64,000 bases of DNA from assembly GCF_009914755.1 (NCBI RefSeq), contig NC_060926.1, one strand, 5' to 3'. Below, piece by piece: positions 26,236-44,279 of this stretch. Position numbers and translations under genes: made by a program. Source of the DNA: the human T2T-CHM13v2.0 reference genome, Homo sapiens. The notes under the pieces were generated by a model. The model worked only from the letters and a program-made list of their open reading frames with translations. It ran no database searches and was not told the origin of the DNA. Each line of letters opens with the position of its first letter. The stretch's first letter is position 1.

Positions 26236-26517
26236 TTTTTTTTTTTTTAGATGGAGTCTCGCTCTTTCGCCCAGGCTGGAGTGCAGTGGCACAATCTCGG
26301 CTCACTACAACCTCTGCCTCCTGGGTTCAAGTGATTCTCCTGCTCAGCCCCCTGAGGAGCTGGGACTACAGGTGTCCACCACCACGCCCGGCTAGTTTCT
26401 GTATTTTTAGTACAGGCAGGATTTCACCATGTTGGCCAGGCTGGTCTTGAACTCATGACCTCAAAGGATCCACCCATCTCAGCCTCCCAAAGTGCTGGGA
26501 TTATAGGCACCCCACCT
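26236..26517 (-). mobile_element. AluS (Sx/Sz-like)
   Basis: Poly-T and both arms in reverse orientation; TSD AGGATGGAC(C/T)TCT at 26223-26235 and 26518-26530. Confidence 0.95.
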
Positions 26518-27481
26518 AGGATGGACTTCTGAGATGCCAACGAGAACACTTTTGAAAAGACATTGGGCATACAATTATTACTTTTAATAAGTGCATACAT
26601 ATGTTTAACTCATTTTCTATATAATTTATTTCACAATTCAAAAATTATCACATTCAACATGCTAATTTGCCATAGATTCGAATGCTGTCCTTCCATTGCC
26701 ACAGTTGGTCTTGGACTCAACATACACTGTGTACGGATGGCCTAGTTAGCATTCATGGGCCCAGATGTTATCAATCAGATTATTTCTGGAATAAGATGTA
26801 GCTCTCTCTTCTTGCCACCACTTCATACCTCTCATGTCATATTTTCCTTTATCTCATTAATTCTTACTTTTATTAGCATTGTTTATTTGAGCTATTTGGA
26901 GGACATATGTGATTTAGATATCTGTTTTATCTCTTTTTATAACATTTGCACATATATAAATATGGCTAAAGCACAGAATCTGATTTTGGAGCCCATTGTT
27001 TAGATTTCCCAAGTATCTTAGTTCAGCATTTGGAAACAGCCTTGCCCGTTTCTTTGGACTAGGTATGCCCCAGGTTTCTTAAACAATTATGTGAATGATA
27101 GATCTTAGGAAGGAGATGATGATTGGGGAAAATAAGTTCAAGCAACTGACCAGTGATACACTCCCTTTATTCAGGGTGGGGGTGGGAAATGCCCCCAGGT
27201 AAAGAAGGGAAGGCAAGTAGCCTATTCTTATATTTTAACTTCCAGGGAAATCAGTTAATGATATCTGTTAAGAGAAACATACTGTATTGGATTTCCTTGG
27301 CATCATGTCTTGGCTAAGGAATTACTTGCAATAAATTAACCCAGAATCAATGAATGCTCATTGAAACAAGAGCTAGAGTTTAGACTTCTTTCTTCAGGTT
27401 GGGTTTTGAAATATGCAAACTGTTTATCGATTTTTCATGACTGTTTAACAAAGTTGAAGGTCTGGTCAGTCCCTGCATTTT

Positions 27482-27509
27482 TCTCTGTCTCTGTCTCTCG
27501 CTTTCTCTT

Positions 27510-27558
<49 letters not shown>

Positions 27559-27568
27559 CACACACACA
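27482..27568. repeat. Compound (TC)-rich/(CA)n microsatellite
   Basis: TC/TG-rich stretch followed by an AC run with one CG interruption. Confidence 0.95.
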
Positions 27569-28757
27569 GGTACCCTCTTATTTTTTTGCCTAAGCTATAG
27601 GGTCTATACATCTACTCAAATGACTAAGGCTTCATTTCCAAAACAAAGGATATGATTAAAAGAGAAACTCTGTTTGCCTTACCTGAAATCTCAGGCAAGT
27701 TATCTCACTATCTTATTTAATTTTTGCCTATGAGATGCCTCATAATATTTCTAATGGCTGTAAATACCCCCTTAGTATAAGTACCTCTGAAGGTGATGTG
27801 AATATGTGTCATTATTTTATTGCTTTCATTATAAGGTGGCAAAATATTATTTGAATATGATAAATACCGAATAATGATTTGTTAGATTATAATGGTTTTC
27901 TAAACAATAACTCAGTATAATCAACTCAAAACTGACACCATTTCTCAATAATAAAAATCTTCAAAGTAAAACCTCAACTTTGCCACCAATTTTGACCTCA
28001 TTTACTGCTAGGGCATCTTAAAATAGGACTAGTAAAAAAAAAAAGAGTAAAGTAAGACTTTTATTTCTGTAGAAGGCAGAAGGCAACTCATGTCAACAAA
28101 GAATGTATAATAGCATTTCATGGTCTCTGTCTTGCCCTGCCTTACTTGTGTAACTTTTACTGTGGACATAGAATCCCATTCTTTCTCAGTGCCTTGCTTG
28201 AAGTAAATTGATTTCTGCATTTTCTGATCCAGTTGTGAAAACCCTCAATTTTCTCATTTTTCATTCAAGAACAGTGATATTTATCAAAATAATATTTTCA
28301 CACAAAAAAGTAAAGGAAGGAAGAAAGATATCACATTCAGAGTGGATGCTTTTAAGGATAATGGGTATTGCAGATTTGGCAGGCTCAAGAAATCAAGTGC
28401 ACAATATCAAGGTTGTTCCTTTTCCTAATTTAACATTCTCTATAGTAGAAAATTTATACACACTTTTTGAGATGTTCTGATTGTAATTATTTCTTAACCA
28501 ACTGGGGACTCATTTACTCCAATATGCTTCCAGGTTTGTTATATCCTTGTCAGCTTGGAAATCGCTACCTAGAAGAGGTCTCTCCTTGCAGTTTCTTCTG
28601 ACAGTTGCTGAATCACTGACATGCTAAGGTGACATTTCTTTTTCAGTCAATTTCTTTCTGGACTTCCATTCGCTCTGATCTTATTTTTTAATACATTTCT
28701 TGGTGATCTGTCTGCATACAGGAGCTTACTTATTTTCACCTTTTTATTTTACCTACT

Positions 28758-28852
28758 GTAGATAGATGATAGAAAGGTAAATAGATTAGATAGATAGGTA
28801 GATAAATAGATAATTGATAGATAAATGGATAGATAGATAAAGAAATACATAG
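28758..28852. repeat. Degenerate (GATA)n
   Basis: Many imperfect TAGA units. Confidence 0.8.
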
Positions 28853-29103
28853 ACTGTCATTATATTGTTAACTCTCCAAAGACACTTAAAATTCTCCCTT
28901 CAACATGCACAAATACATTCCCCCTCTGTATTCCATCTTCTTCCTGTGTAGAATTAGTGAATCTGTTCCCTATTCCTTTTAACTTGACTTAGATCCAGCT
29001 ATGCAACGTTGCTGCTGTTGAATTTACCTCTCATTATTTCTTCTACCTCTTCTATAATCTTGATAAATGGTGACTCTATTTCTGTTTAGGGGGCATGTCA
29101 GTT

Positions 29104-30133
29104 GCAGGGAGTCCTCACTTTTATTAAGTGGGATTGTAAAGTTGTCTATGTCAACCAAAGTCATGCAAAGCAATTATGATTGTTCGATGACCTTTAAAAG
29201 TTTTTGTCAAAATATTTAAAACCCTCTACTATTAGCTATAAATGTATAGGGGATTCAAAATTTAGTAAAACTAATATTTAGTAAGCCATAATTTAAAACA
29301 TTAGAAACATTGCTTATTAAAATATTTTCTTTCTTTGTAAAAAAAAGTGTATTGAGTAGTGTAAAGAGTGGTTGCATTCTTCTTGCATTCCAAGTTTCTG
29401 TAGTGTCACTTAAGATGAGGAGAGTAGTTTTGCTATGTCTTGATGAGTTGTCATATTACGAGTTGTCATATTACTTGCTATGTTTGGATCAGCTTCCATC
29501 ATTTTATCCTTCACACTTTTAATTTTGAGAGTTTCCTTAATGAGAAATTTTTGGTTGTATCATTTCATCTGTGATGGCTTCATCCTGCCTGTCACTAACA
29601 CTTTCTTTATTTACATTGATAACTTTACCTTCACTGGGCTTCTTTGGCTGCATTTCTAGAATCTTTCCACTGGCAGCTGTGCCGGCATTCCCGAGATAAT
29701 TTTTTTTAACCCCATTTATGTTCAATTTGAATTTTACCTCTAACGTTATCACTTTTTGTTTCTTTGCTGACTGTTATTTTTGTTGGCAAATCCTTTTTAT
29801 TACCCACCAACATTTTGTAAAATGTCATGTGGGTTTCTCACTGAAAGACAAGAAGTTAACAGAAATACATACTTTGCATGAATTGAAAAACATATGTGTG
29901 GTGACTACTAATGGATGTGACTGGTGAATGATCACGATATACATGTGTCATTTACACTGTCATTTGTGCACTTAAGAGCTAGCATTAAAGTTTGTGTTTT
30001 TCACAATTATTCATAATTAATATACCATGGTAACTAAAATTTGAGCCATGTGTTGGGGGATTGGTGTTATTTCACAAAATCATAGTAATGTAAACTTGTA
30101 TGTATACAAACCATGTACAGAGAGGATGAACTG
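29104..30133 (-). mobile_element. Non-autonomous Tigger (Tigger6-like) DNA transposon
   Basis: Ends CAGGGAGTCCTCACTTT / AGAGAGGATGAACTG followed by TA. The minus-strand ORF 29537-29752 (ITLEVK...LEMQPKKPSEGKVINVNKES) resembles Tigger transposase N- and C-terminal motifs fused by internal deletion. Confidence 0.72.
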
Positions 30134-32109
30134 TATATATTTATTGGGTAAAGCAACTAATAATTTAGATGAGAGACTACACTGGTTAACTCAATCAAAT
30201 TAGGATGCCCCTTAAGAGCTGGTTTCTTGGTCCCTAACCTTATTGCTGCTACACATCCTCAAAAAGGGCTGCAGAGGATGACCCTAACCACTATGCTCTT
30301 TTAATTCCTGATTGTGAGGTCCTTGGAAAGCCAAAAAGCTTAGACAGTTAATATGTCAAAAACCAGTAACAATTTGTACATTAAAGAACTTGAAATTTGT
30401 GATGTATGTCAAAATGATCACCAATGAATTAGAAACAACAAATTAAATGCTCATTAGGATTATGAAGAATTATCTAGGTATGTCATCAATTCTACTATAA
30501 CATCTTTGCTTTAAATTCTGCTGTGCTTTGCCTGCCATCTCTTTCTACTTCCTCTAGGATTTTTATGATATCTATCATTTGTGGCTGCCCACAGTTTCCT
30601 GAATCTCTCTCTACATTTTGAAAATGCCCAACATTGTCAATCTGCTTTCCCAACACACTCACACACTCTCTCTTGCAACTGGAATGCTGACCTGTGACAT
30701 GACAATCATTTGCATGGTATATGTGGAGGCAGAGGAAGCTTAGTTTGGAGACTGGTAGAGGGTGGTCTGAGTTTTACATCAGCACATTTTTGGGCATGAT
30801 AGATCTGCTATGGTTTGGGAATGCTTGGAAGCAGCTGCTCTCATATCTGGCTAGTTTTACAGGGAGTTTCTGGGAATTGTTTTTACAATTTCAGACATAA
30901 GTGGTTTCTCCATTACTCCAAGTGAATATTTGGGTTTAGTTTCTTTATGCCAAAAGAGCTAGTGCTAACTCTGTCTTCTGAAATTAAATACTCAGATGTG
31001 TATTATAGTGCTTCATTTCTTAATGTTTTCTTAGATATTCAGTCTCTACTCCTGCCCTAACTCTTTGAGCTAGATTTGATATATATTTAAGTCATTCTAA
31101 AGCCTGATGCTCCTTTTTATGTTATAAACTCCCCCCTTATTAAAATGTTGCTGTATTTTATCATTTATTTCCACTGCACAATTTTTCATTCATTGTCTCC
31201 ACTTCTGAAGCTACTCTGGAAACAAACAAACAAAACACCCATGATATACTAATGATTAACTTAATTCCTTTAAAAAAATGTCTTAGCTTACCAATCCAAC
31301 TTGTCTCCCCTTCCTCATCTATGACTTTTTCTCTTTTGCCTCTTCTTTTCTATTAAGTGTTTTTTATTCTGTCTATTAAGTGTTCTTATTTCAAAAACCC
31401 TTTCCCTGTGCCTAGATGGTTGATCTTGTGTTAAGTGCACTCTAGTTCCTTTAACACTATCATATTTATACATTGAGAGGTTATGGTAAAGTTTGGGAGT
31501 CTTGATTATCATTCATCTGGTACATTCATGTAACACATGCTCAGTAAGCAACAGATATATAAGATTTCAAACTCTTCCTTTCTTATTTCCACTAATGTTC
31601 TAAAATAAAAAAGAGTATTTAACTTTGTTCTTAAATACTAACAGCATTTTATGTTAGTATTAAATTGGTTTTTGTTTTGTATTAAGTTGGTTGCCATGAC
31701 TTAAAGTAACAAAAGTTCAATTTAAACATGTTTAACAGTAATAAAGCTTATATTTGCATTTACATAATTGGAAATGAAGGGGTACACTAGGTTTCAAGTC
31801 ACTGGTTCCATATCTTTGCAGCTTTTCTCTGTGTCTTGGTGCTACCCATGGTTTCTCTCATGGTTATAAGATGACTGCTAATAGACATAACGTCAGTGTT
31901 TCCTTGGTCATGTCTGGGTCATATTTTGTGTGGAGAAGGAAAAAAAATAGGCAAATTTCTCAAACTGCTCAGAACGAAGTATACTCACATACTGACATAC
32001 CTAATAATCTTTTTTCTCCCCAGCATAATAATGATGATGATGATAATGGACTGGAAAAATTAAACATTTCACCTTCATTTCTCCCCTCATTTTCATCTGT
32101 CGTTCAGTA

Positions 32110-32113
32110 CACA

Positions 32114-32153
<40 letters not shown>
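32110..32153. repeat. (CA)n microsatellite
   Basis: AC run with one interruption. Confidence 0.95.
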
Positions 32154-32154
<1 letters not shown>

Positions 32155-32791
32155 CCCATTCTTGCTGCTATGCGTTAAGCTTAGGAACACAATACAATGT
32201 CTTGCTATTCTTGAGTTAAAGAAATTGTAATTTCTGAACCTTTCAGAAGAATGAAGTCACTAAAAATTATAAAGAGAGAATTTCTTTTCTGTTTTGATTC
32301 ATGTTAAATCTAATCAAACTATTATAATTATCCAGAAGGGGACACATCTATTTGTTCAGCGCTTGTTGCAACTTTCATTCATTTCCTCTTCATCTTTCTT
32401 CTCTTGTTTAAACACAAGTTTTGGGCTTTTATTTGTGATAATAAAATCAATTTGTATCAACAATAAGTCAAAGAAAACTTAAATATTTTAAAAGAGGTTA
32501 CTCTAAAATAACACTCAGAAAACAATTCCTTGCCCATTGTAATTTCTTGCTTGGCTGCCCAACAATTTTCTGCCAGCAACTAAACTCATGAGAGAGCTAA
32601 AATATTTCTGATGTAGATCATACACCTAAATTTCTTTTTTTTTAAAGTCACTTTTATATTATCTGTGGAATTGTTATTTTCCTTTCCTGGTAGGTATTCT
32701 TTCTTGACATTTTACTTTCTCTGTGTAGTAAATTAAATAAATGCACAAAGTAGAAAGAAGTTTACATAAATTTTTCATTTAAAAATATTTA

Positions 32792-33185
<394 letters not shown>

Positions 33186-36100
33186 ATACTTAATCTCCCA
33201 TCTAGAGAAATGAGTTAATAATACTTATTAATTTATAAAATATTATAATAACCTGAACATGCGAGATATATTCTGGGTTTATTTTATTTTATGTATATTC
33301 TCCTGCCCAGTCCCATAGGACTCCCACCTGATAAACACCCATTCTAATATATTTGATTATTCCTTTGTTCCTTCTTTACTTCTTACACACAATATGATTT
33401 ATTTTCTGATCTGAAAATGTATCTAGTTCCTGGCTTCTATGTGCTCTAGAGCATTCCATGAAACACATCAGCTCATCTTCTAGCCATTGCCCCCTCATAA
33501 TGGAAACATAGGCTGCCCTCTCCTCTGTACTTCCACAATCAATGTCACATGGACAGCTTCTTAATGATCTATGTGGAAATACATGTGAGATCCCTGGGTA
33601 TATGTCTTAACATCTTTAATTTCACTAAGTGTAGCCAAATTGCTTTCCAGAATTTCTGTCCCAGTGTGCACTAAAACCCAAGCCTCTTTCACCCAACATT
33701 TGTTACTTACTTTCTCATATACTTCTCTAATTTTGGCTTTTTTGGCAAATGCAAAATAGAGAAACACGCACTGTTTAAGTGCTGCTTTAAACATAGCTAA
33801 TAATAGCATCATATGATGAATTCCCTACTGACTTTCAATGGTGTGTGTCCATGCTTGCAATCATCTGACACTGAGATGAATTCACAAAGAAAAAGAAAAG
33901 CAGAGAGACTTAGACTGAGATTTCAAAAGGACAAAAGAGAAGGATTCTGTGAAAGAAAAAATGCTATAAATACATTCATTGCCTTTGTCTCTCCCAATTA
34001 TTTGATACCGAAATAGGCAATTTTAAAAAAAATGCCATGAACGCCTAGAAGCTGATATTAATGGCCACAGCCAAAGATGCTGAAGAGGCTAATGTTGATG
34101 CTGTCATCCATAGCACCTCTACCAATGCTTCTGGCAGGAACATGACTTTTGAATACAAACCAGTGCTTTTACTAGCACAGCTGACATTATTGCTAACATG
34201 GACAATCGTGCCACAGTAACAACTGAACTCACCCCCAGTGTTCTTGCTGTGGTCAGCACCATCACTGGCACCAACAGCACTGCCAATGCCGGTTAGTACC
34301 TGTGTAATCTCTGCCTCGGCTGCCACTGGCAATGATGTCCTCATTACCTTTTATCACCTTTACAACCTAATGCTCTCCAGAAATCATAGCAATAGTTTTA
34401 ATTTCATTTTTAATTTTTAATTTATGCTTTAATTATATATGCTAAGCTACAGGACTATCTGTGTAGTAGATCTGTAATGTATTCAAAATTATTTGGTCCT
34501 GAAAAAACTTGCTTTCCAAGTTCCTTTGTCCCATAGAATAAGATAGCTCCCTTCAGGCTCCCTATTTTGTCATATTACTATTCCTGAAATTGATAAAGGC
34601 CAGGTAGGCCTAGTTAACAGAATATACAAAACTATTTTACAGGCCGGAGCCTGTGCTATGGAAGGTGGTAGAAATTAATAAGTACTATAGAAGAGATCCA
34701 GACACAATTTTTCTTCTCCAGAATGCAGTTTTTTATAAGTATTTTTTCCATTATTTGAAAGCATCAAAAATTTTAATATTTCATAGTTAAGGTTAAAAAA
34801 GTAGTAAATTTTATAAGAAGTATTAATAATAATATGGCAAATAAGTCACAAAACTTTAAAGTAATGTGACTGAAGTTATATTTTTATTTAGAATATTAGC
34901 TGAGAGATGAAATAGAAATAAAAAAATTACAATAATATAATTACATAAAACATGGTAGACAGAAACTTTCAGCTACACTCTTGCCCAGCAATCTCTAGCA
35001 GGAAATGTATCAGGTCTTTCAGAGTTAAAACCCTGCTTTTTTATTCTATTAAAACATTTGGCTTTAGAAATAAATATGTTGGTCTAGGACACTGTTTCTT
35101 TAATTTTAATTAATACATAAAGCCATATTAAAAGGGAAAAGAAGTCTCAATCTCTCAATGTTGAATTAAATTATTTTGATTATAACGTTACTTAAATCTG
35201 TACAAATATAAATCAAAGTATAAACTCCTATTGTTATAACTTTTATATAACCACAAAACTAAAATATATGTATATATTAAATAAAAGAAAAACTACAAAA
35301 CCAATAAAATTTAAATTAACAACATTTATTAAAAGTGTCAGTTGAGGGTATTTCTAAGCTAAATTGCCACTTGCCATAGGAATAGGCGATTGACTGCCAT
35401 GGTACAGATTCTTTTGAGTCAGCACTTATCTACTTTTCTGTGCCCTTTGAGGACTTAATTTCCCACCACATTTCTCTACTCAAAGGACTGTGGAAACTTT
35501 ATTTGTAAAGCATGCTGTGAATCAATTGGCTTTCACTTGGCACAAAGTCATCTTTTACTTACTAAGTTTGCTTCTTTTCTCATTACCCTAAGACAATTAA
35601 AGTCATATTTTGGGTGCCAGAACAATTGTAAAGTCAAAGAAAAATGCTGATTCTGAAAGAGTGTAGAGTTACTGAATATAAGTTGGTAGTCATCTAAATA
35701 ATCTGAATATTCTTAGATACTAACATTGAAATAAACACACACACACACATACTTAGTTAAATCTCAAGACTACTGCATTTTGATTTGGGTTAAAGGCAGA
35801 AGGATATGCAACATTTTAATATGCACAAAAAGTTAGAGCTCTAGCGTTAAATGAACATATGGGAGAGAAAGTATTCTTATTTTAATGTAGAAACCTGGAA
35901 AATTGTGTTAATGGAATGCCATCATTTTTGTTCATTACAAAAAAATCTTTACTGAGGATCTATCCTTTATAGAATACAGTTCTAGAGAAACCGGCATGAA
36001 GATGAATAATTCATGGTATGTACATTCAAAGGGATGAAAACCTAAGGTTAGATGATTGCACAAAATAATGATTATCATATAAAGTGGTGATGACCCTAAT

Positions 36101-37101
36101 CATGGTATGTATAAGCTACATTCAGACATTAAAATAGAGTCCTTGGTAAATTATATTTGATATATGATTTACCAAAATATATCTCTAACTGATTGAATTG
36201 AGTATCTGGGAAGAGGTGTTAAGCCTACACACTAATTTTACACTTGAAACAGCAAGGGAGAATTTGAAAAGCATCTCATCCTCCAACATTTCATTAGTCT
36301 ATTGCACTCAGAAGTATTTTTAACACCATGTTGATTAGAATTCTTGGATACAATGGAAACTAACCCTAGATAATGTTAGCAAAAATTAATTGATATGGAG
36401 GATACAAGGTGTCCATAAAATCAGAGACACAAGAGAAAAATTCAGCCATCACACTGCAGAAAAATCAAAGTATTTCTGATTACATAGAGCGAAGGAATAA
36501 AGAGTCCCTAAGTCCAGCCAGCTACAGTGATTTCTGTCCTTGTTTTCTTACTCAACATTCATATTACTTAGACAATAAGTCCAAATGTCCTAACTGGAAT
36601 CTTAAGACTTCTTCATCTGAGGTTAGGTTACAACATAATAAACGACTTATCTACTTAGTGTGTGAATTCCACATTAAAATTTAAGTGCAATGAGGGAAGA
36701 ATCATTAGTGTTGGGTTTACTACTGGATCTCCAGCGGCTGTATCAGTGTCTAAAACATAGTATCAGTTTAATAGGGATTGGTGAATAAACTACAAAATAA
36801 ATGTGCCATGCCCTTGGCTAGAGGAAGCATGCCTTGGTTCATTGTCTCACAAACACTGAGCACAATGGGAGGACAGTTCTCCATGGGAAAATCAGTGGGC
36901 CCGATACTAGAGATAGAGGAAATTGATACTGGAAAGACAACAACAGAAGGGGAGTGAACCTAGGTGTCCATTAAAAACAACTACTGATTGATGTCTAGGT
37001 AAAGGGGACCTTTTTGAGACTACTCCTGTCTCATGAGTAGTTTATAAGCAATTGTTTTATCAGCATTAAAGCTAATATTACAACAAAAAGAAAGATATTA
37101 A

Positions 37102-39465
<2,364 letters not shown>

Positions 39466-40254
39466 AAATAGAAGAAAGGAAATTAAAAAAGAGTGTCCAT
39501 AAAAGAAATCAATGTAAATAAAATCTGGTTAATTAAAAAGACCAAATAATTGGATAAATTCCTGTCTATATTGATGTAGAATAACAGACAACACCAAATT
39601 CGTAATATTATGAATAAGATGGAAGATAATACCACAGATATTTCTGGCATTTAAAGAAAGAAAAGGAATACTATGAATAGATTTATGACAATAAAGTCAA
39701 GAATATATATTAAAATCTGCAAATCCTTCAAAGATAAGAACTAACAAACCTCCCTCAAGATAGAGATAAGGGAAATAGTTTATGAAAGAAATTTAATTTG
39801 TAATTAAATTCTTTCAATAAGAAAATGGCAAGCCCATGTAGCTTAAAAAGTACATTCTTCCCAATATCTAAGTAAAAATAAATATCAATTCTACACAAAA
39901 CTGAAGACAACAATTCCCAACTCATTTCATAAAGTTAGTTTCTCTGATCTCAAAACCAGACACTGACGTTATAAGAAAATTGTGGACCAATATCCCTCAT
40001 GAATATACACAAAAACATCATCTGCAAAACAATACCAAATTGAGTTCATTAAATATAGAAAGTATTATAAATCATAACCAAGGAAGGTTTATCCCAAGGA
40101 TATGAGATTGACTCCATATCTACAAATGAATCCTTGATATTTATATCTATATATTCATATATATAATCATATAATCATCTCCATATAGGCAGGGAAATAG
40201 TTTGATAACATTAACATATATTCATAATAAATAATAAAAATTAGAAATTAAAGC

Positions 40255-40447
40255 AAGAATAAGCATCTTTTTCCCTGTAAAGTGCTAGATTATCAATACT
40301 TAAGGCTTTATGGGTTACAGCTGTCTCTTGCAGATTATCTTCTTCTCCTTAAAAAATAAAAGACCTTTAGAAATATAGCTTGCAGATCATATACACACAA
40401 TACATGAATCAGATTTGGCTTGCAGGTTTTAGTTTGCCAACATCTGC
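40255..40447. mobile_element. MER58-like hAT element
   Basis: TTTTTCCCTGTAAAGTGCTAGAT...AGGCTTTATGGG...CAGATTTGGCTTGCAGGTTTTAGTTTGCCAACATCTG. Confidence 0.65.
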
Positions 40448-40932
40448 ATTAAAGGAAATTTCCATCTGACAAAGGGCATCTATGCTATGCCTCAAAATAG
40501 CATAATGCTTAATAATAAAATACCAGATACCTTCCACTTAAATATGCGAGAAAGCTAATAATATTCATTCCAGCTACTCATATTTAACTTTGTACTGGAG
40601 TATCCAGTACAAAGGATAAAAGGATAAAAAGGACAATTACAAAAATAAAAGAAATTAAAGAAAGAAAAGAAGAATCCTTGACGATACTATATTCTATGTA
40701 GAAAATCTCAAACATATAATAAAATATTAGAACAAATTAATATGTTTAAAATGGAAGCAAGATACAAGCTCAAAGTACAAAGATAAATTTTAATTCCATT
40801 TTAATTATTAATTGAAAATGTAAATGTAAGGCTAGTTTTTGCAATAGTGTTGAAAAACATACAGCATTTACATATTAATTTAACAAAATGCATACAAGAT
40901 TAATAGCCTGAAAACTTAAAAAAATTAATGGG

Positions 40933-41227
40933 GGCCGGGCGTGGTGGCTCATGCCTGTAATCCCAGTACTTTGGGAGGCTGAGGTGGGTGGATCACGAGG
41001 TCAGGAGATCGAGACTATCCTGGCTAACACAGTGAAACCCCGTCTCTACTAAAAAATACAAAAAAATTAGCTGGGCGTGGTGGCAGGCACCTGTAGTCCC
41101 ATCTACTCAGGAGGCTGAGGCAGGAGAATGGCAGGAACCTGGGAGGCAGAGCTTGCAGTGAGCCGAGATCGCACCACAGCACTCCACCCTGGGTGACAGA
41201 GTGAGACTCCGTCTCAAAAAAAAAAAA
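40933..41227 (+). mobile_element. Full-length AluY
   Basis: AluY diagnostics GGATCACGAGGTCAGGAGATCGAGACTATCCTGGCTAACAC; TSD AAAAAAATTAATGGG at 40918-40932 and 41221-41235. Confidence 0.96.
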
Positions 41228-44200
41228 TTAATGGGGTAAATAAAAGACCAAAATACATGGAGAGATATACTGTGTTTATGTATAGAAGAATTCATATTGT
41301 TGAGTTTTCTAATTCCTTTCAAAATGACATATAGATTCACTGCAGTCCCAGATGCAATTTAGTAATTTATTTTGTAGAAACTGGCAGGCTCATTCTAAAA
41401 TGTATACATAAAGATAATGATCTGTAATAATCACAATTAATTTCAAACAACAAAAATTAAGTTGGAAAGTTCATGCTACCTAATTTCAAGATTTATCATA
41501 AAAATACTAATCAAGTCAATAAAATCAACCAAGACCTAGTTATATGGTGTCTATAAGAAACTCACATTAAATATAAGGAAACAGATAGATTAATATGTGG
41601 ATATTTAGAATTATATACCATGCTAACACAAATCAAAATAAAGTTGAAATAGTAGCTGTATTAATTCCAGTCCAAGCAGACTTTAGAACAAGAAAAATTA
41701 GCATGGCCAAAAGGGACAATGCATAGCAAAAAGGCAGTTAATTATCAAAGAAAATGTAACAATTCTAAATATGCACGCATCTAACTACAATACATCAAAT
41801 ACAGGAGGGAAAACCTTACAGGCGTCCAAAGAAATACACAGACAAATTATTTTAGTTGGTGATTTCATCACATCTCTTTTGGTGACTGACATATAAATCA
41901 AAAAGAAAATGAATAAAAATTACTTGAACTAAGGAGCACCATCAGTCAAAACTATTTAATTGACATTTATAAAATTGTTCATCCAACAATAGCATAATAC
42001 ACATTATTCTGAAGCTTACAAATAACATTTACTAAAATAGGCCACATTCTGACAATTAAACATTCTTTAAGAAATGTATAAGAAATTATACAAAGTTTGC
42101 TCTCATAAAACAGTAAATAAAATAGAAATCAGTAACAAAAAGGTAGCTTAAAAATAACAAATAAAGCATATGTGGAGATTAAGCCACAAACATGTACATA
42201 ATATATAGGTCAAATAAGAAGTCTCAAGAAAAATTTTTAAAAGTATTTTGAAATAAATGAAAATTAAAAAAGAATTTATCAAAATCTGTGGTATGCAGCA
42301 GTAGCAGTGTTTTTAGGGGCAAATGTATCACATGGAATTTGTATGTTAAACTAGAAAACATAAAATCAATCATGTAAACTTCCAGACTAGGAAGCTAGAA
42401 AAAGAAAGGCAGTATAAGCTTAAATCTAGCAGAAAAATACATAAAAATTTGAGCAGAAATCAATTAAATTGAAAACAGAAAAAAAACCACAGAAAATCAA
42501 TGAAACCAAAAGCTAGCTCTTTGAAAGCGTCAATAAAATTGATAAACCTCTAGCCATGCTAAACATGAAAATAAAAAAGATACAAATTACCAAGATCAAA
42601 AAAAGGAAGGGGTTATCATACTGAACCCATAGGCATTAAAGGATAATAAATGAATATTATGAACAACTCTATTCTCACAAATTGAAAACACACATGAAAT
42701 CAAACAACTTGAAAGAAAAAAATTACAAAACTCATACAATGTAGATAGGTAATCTGACTAAGCCTATCTACATCTAAGAAATTGAATTAATAATTGATCA
42801 CCTCCCACAACAGACAGTACCAGGTTCAGATGGTTTCACTGGGGAATTCTACCAAACACTTAAGAAAGAAATAACACCAATTCATTACAATCTATTTCAA
42901 AAACTATAAGGAGAAGACTGCTTCCTAACTCATTCTATGAGACCAATGTTATCCTAATCCCAAAGCCAAAGAAATTACAGAAAAGGAAAATGAAAGACCA
43001 TTATCTTTCATGAACACAGATGCAAAACTCCTGTACAAATTATTAGCAAATTAAATCTGAAAATGTAAAAAGAGAATTACATTATGAACAAGTGCAATTT
43101 ATTTCATATATGCAAAGCTGATTCAACATTTGAAAATAAATTAACATGATCCATTACATCAAAAGACTAAAGAAGAAAAACCATATAATCATATTAATAG
43201 ATGGAGAAAAAACATCTGACAAACTCCAACATCCATTCATCTTAAAAACTCTAAGCAACTTAGGAATAAAGAGGAATAGCCTCAACTTACAAAAGAACAT
43301 CAGCAAAAACTTAACACCAACTTATACCTAATGGCGACTAACTAAATGCTTTCAATCTAAGATTAGCAACAACACAAGAGTGTCTCTTCTTCATTCCTAT
43401 TCAACATTGTACTGAGAGTCACGGCTAAAGCAATAAGATGTGGAAAATAAAGAAAAGGTACACAGATTGAGAGGGAAGTAAAAAACTCTGTCATTCATAG
43501 ATGATATGATTGTCAACATAGAAAATGTAGAATCAACAGCAAGAGCATAAAAATTAAAAGTACTGGAAGAAATGTACAAGTACAGCAAGGTTTGAGGATA
43601 AAAGGGTGATATAGAAAAATCAATCGCTTTCTTATATACCAGGAATGAATACTTGGAAATACAAATTGAAAACACAATATTATTTATATTAACACCAAAG
43701 AAATTATATCATTAGGTTTAAGCGTAGCAAAGTATATAAAAGATCTATATGAGATAAGCTACAGAAACCCAATGATATAAATCAAATAAGATCTAAATAA
43801 ACAGATATCCCATGGTTATGAATAGATATTGTTAAGATAACCTTTATTTTCCACTTGATCTATAGATTCAATATAATACCAATCAAAATCCAAGCAAATT
43901 ATTTTGTGGATATTGAAAGCTAATTCTAATAATTATGAAGATTAGTAAAAAGACTCAGAATAGCCAACTGAATTCTGAAGAAGAACAAAGTTGAAAAACT
44001 GACACTACCCAACTTTAACCTATTACTATGGATTACAAGTAAATCTATAGTAATCAAGACAGTCTGGTATTGGTGAAAGAATATACAAATAATTCAGTGG
44101 AACCAAATTGATGCCCAGGAATAGACCAACAAAAATACAGTCAATTGATCTTTGACACAAAGCAAAGGCAATTAAATGAAGAAAGAAGTCTTTTCAGTAA

Positions 44201-44279
44201 ATGGTGCTGCAACAATCACATATCCAAGTACCAAAAAAATAAATTTTGGCACAGAACTTATGTCCTAAAAATTAAATCA

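Noticed and set aside
29445-29474. 15-bp tandem duplication GAGTTGTCATATTAC (also 9-bp TTTGTCAGG at ~46657)
   Set aside because: Ordinary slippage duplications inside dead TEs.
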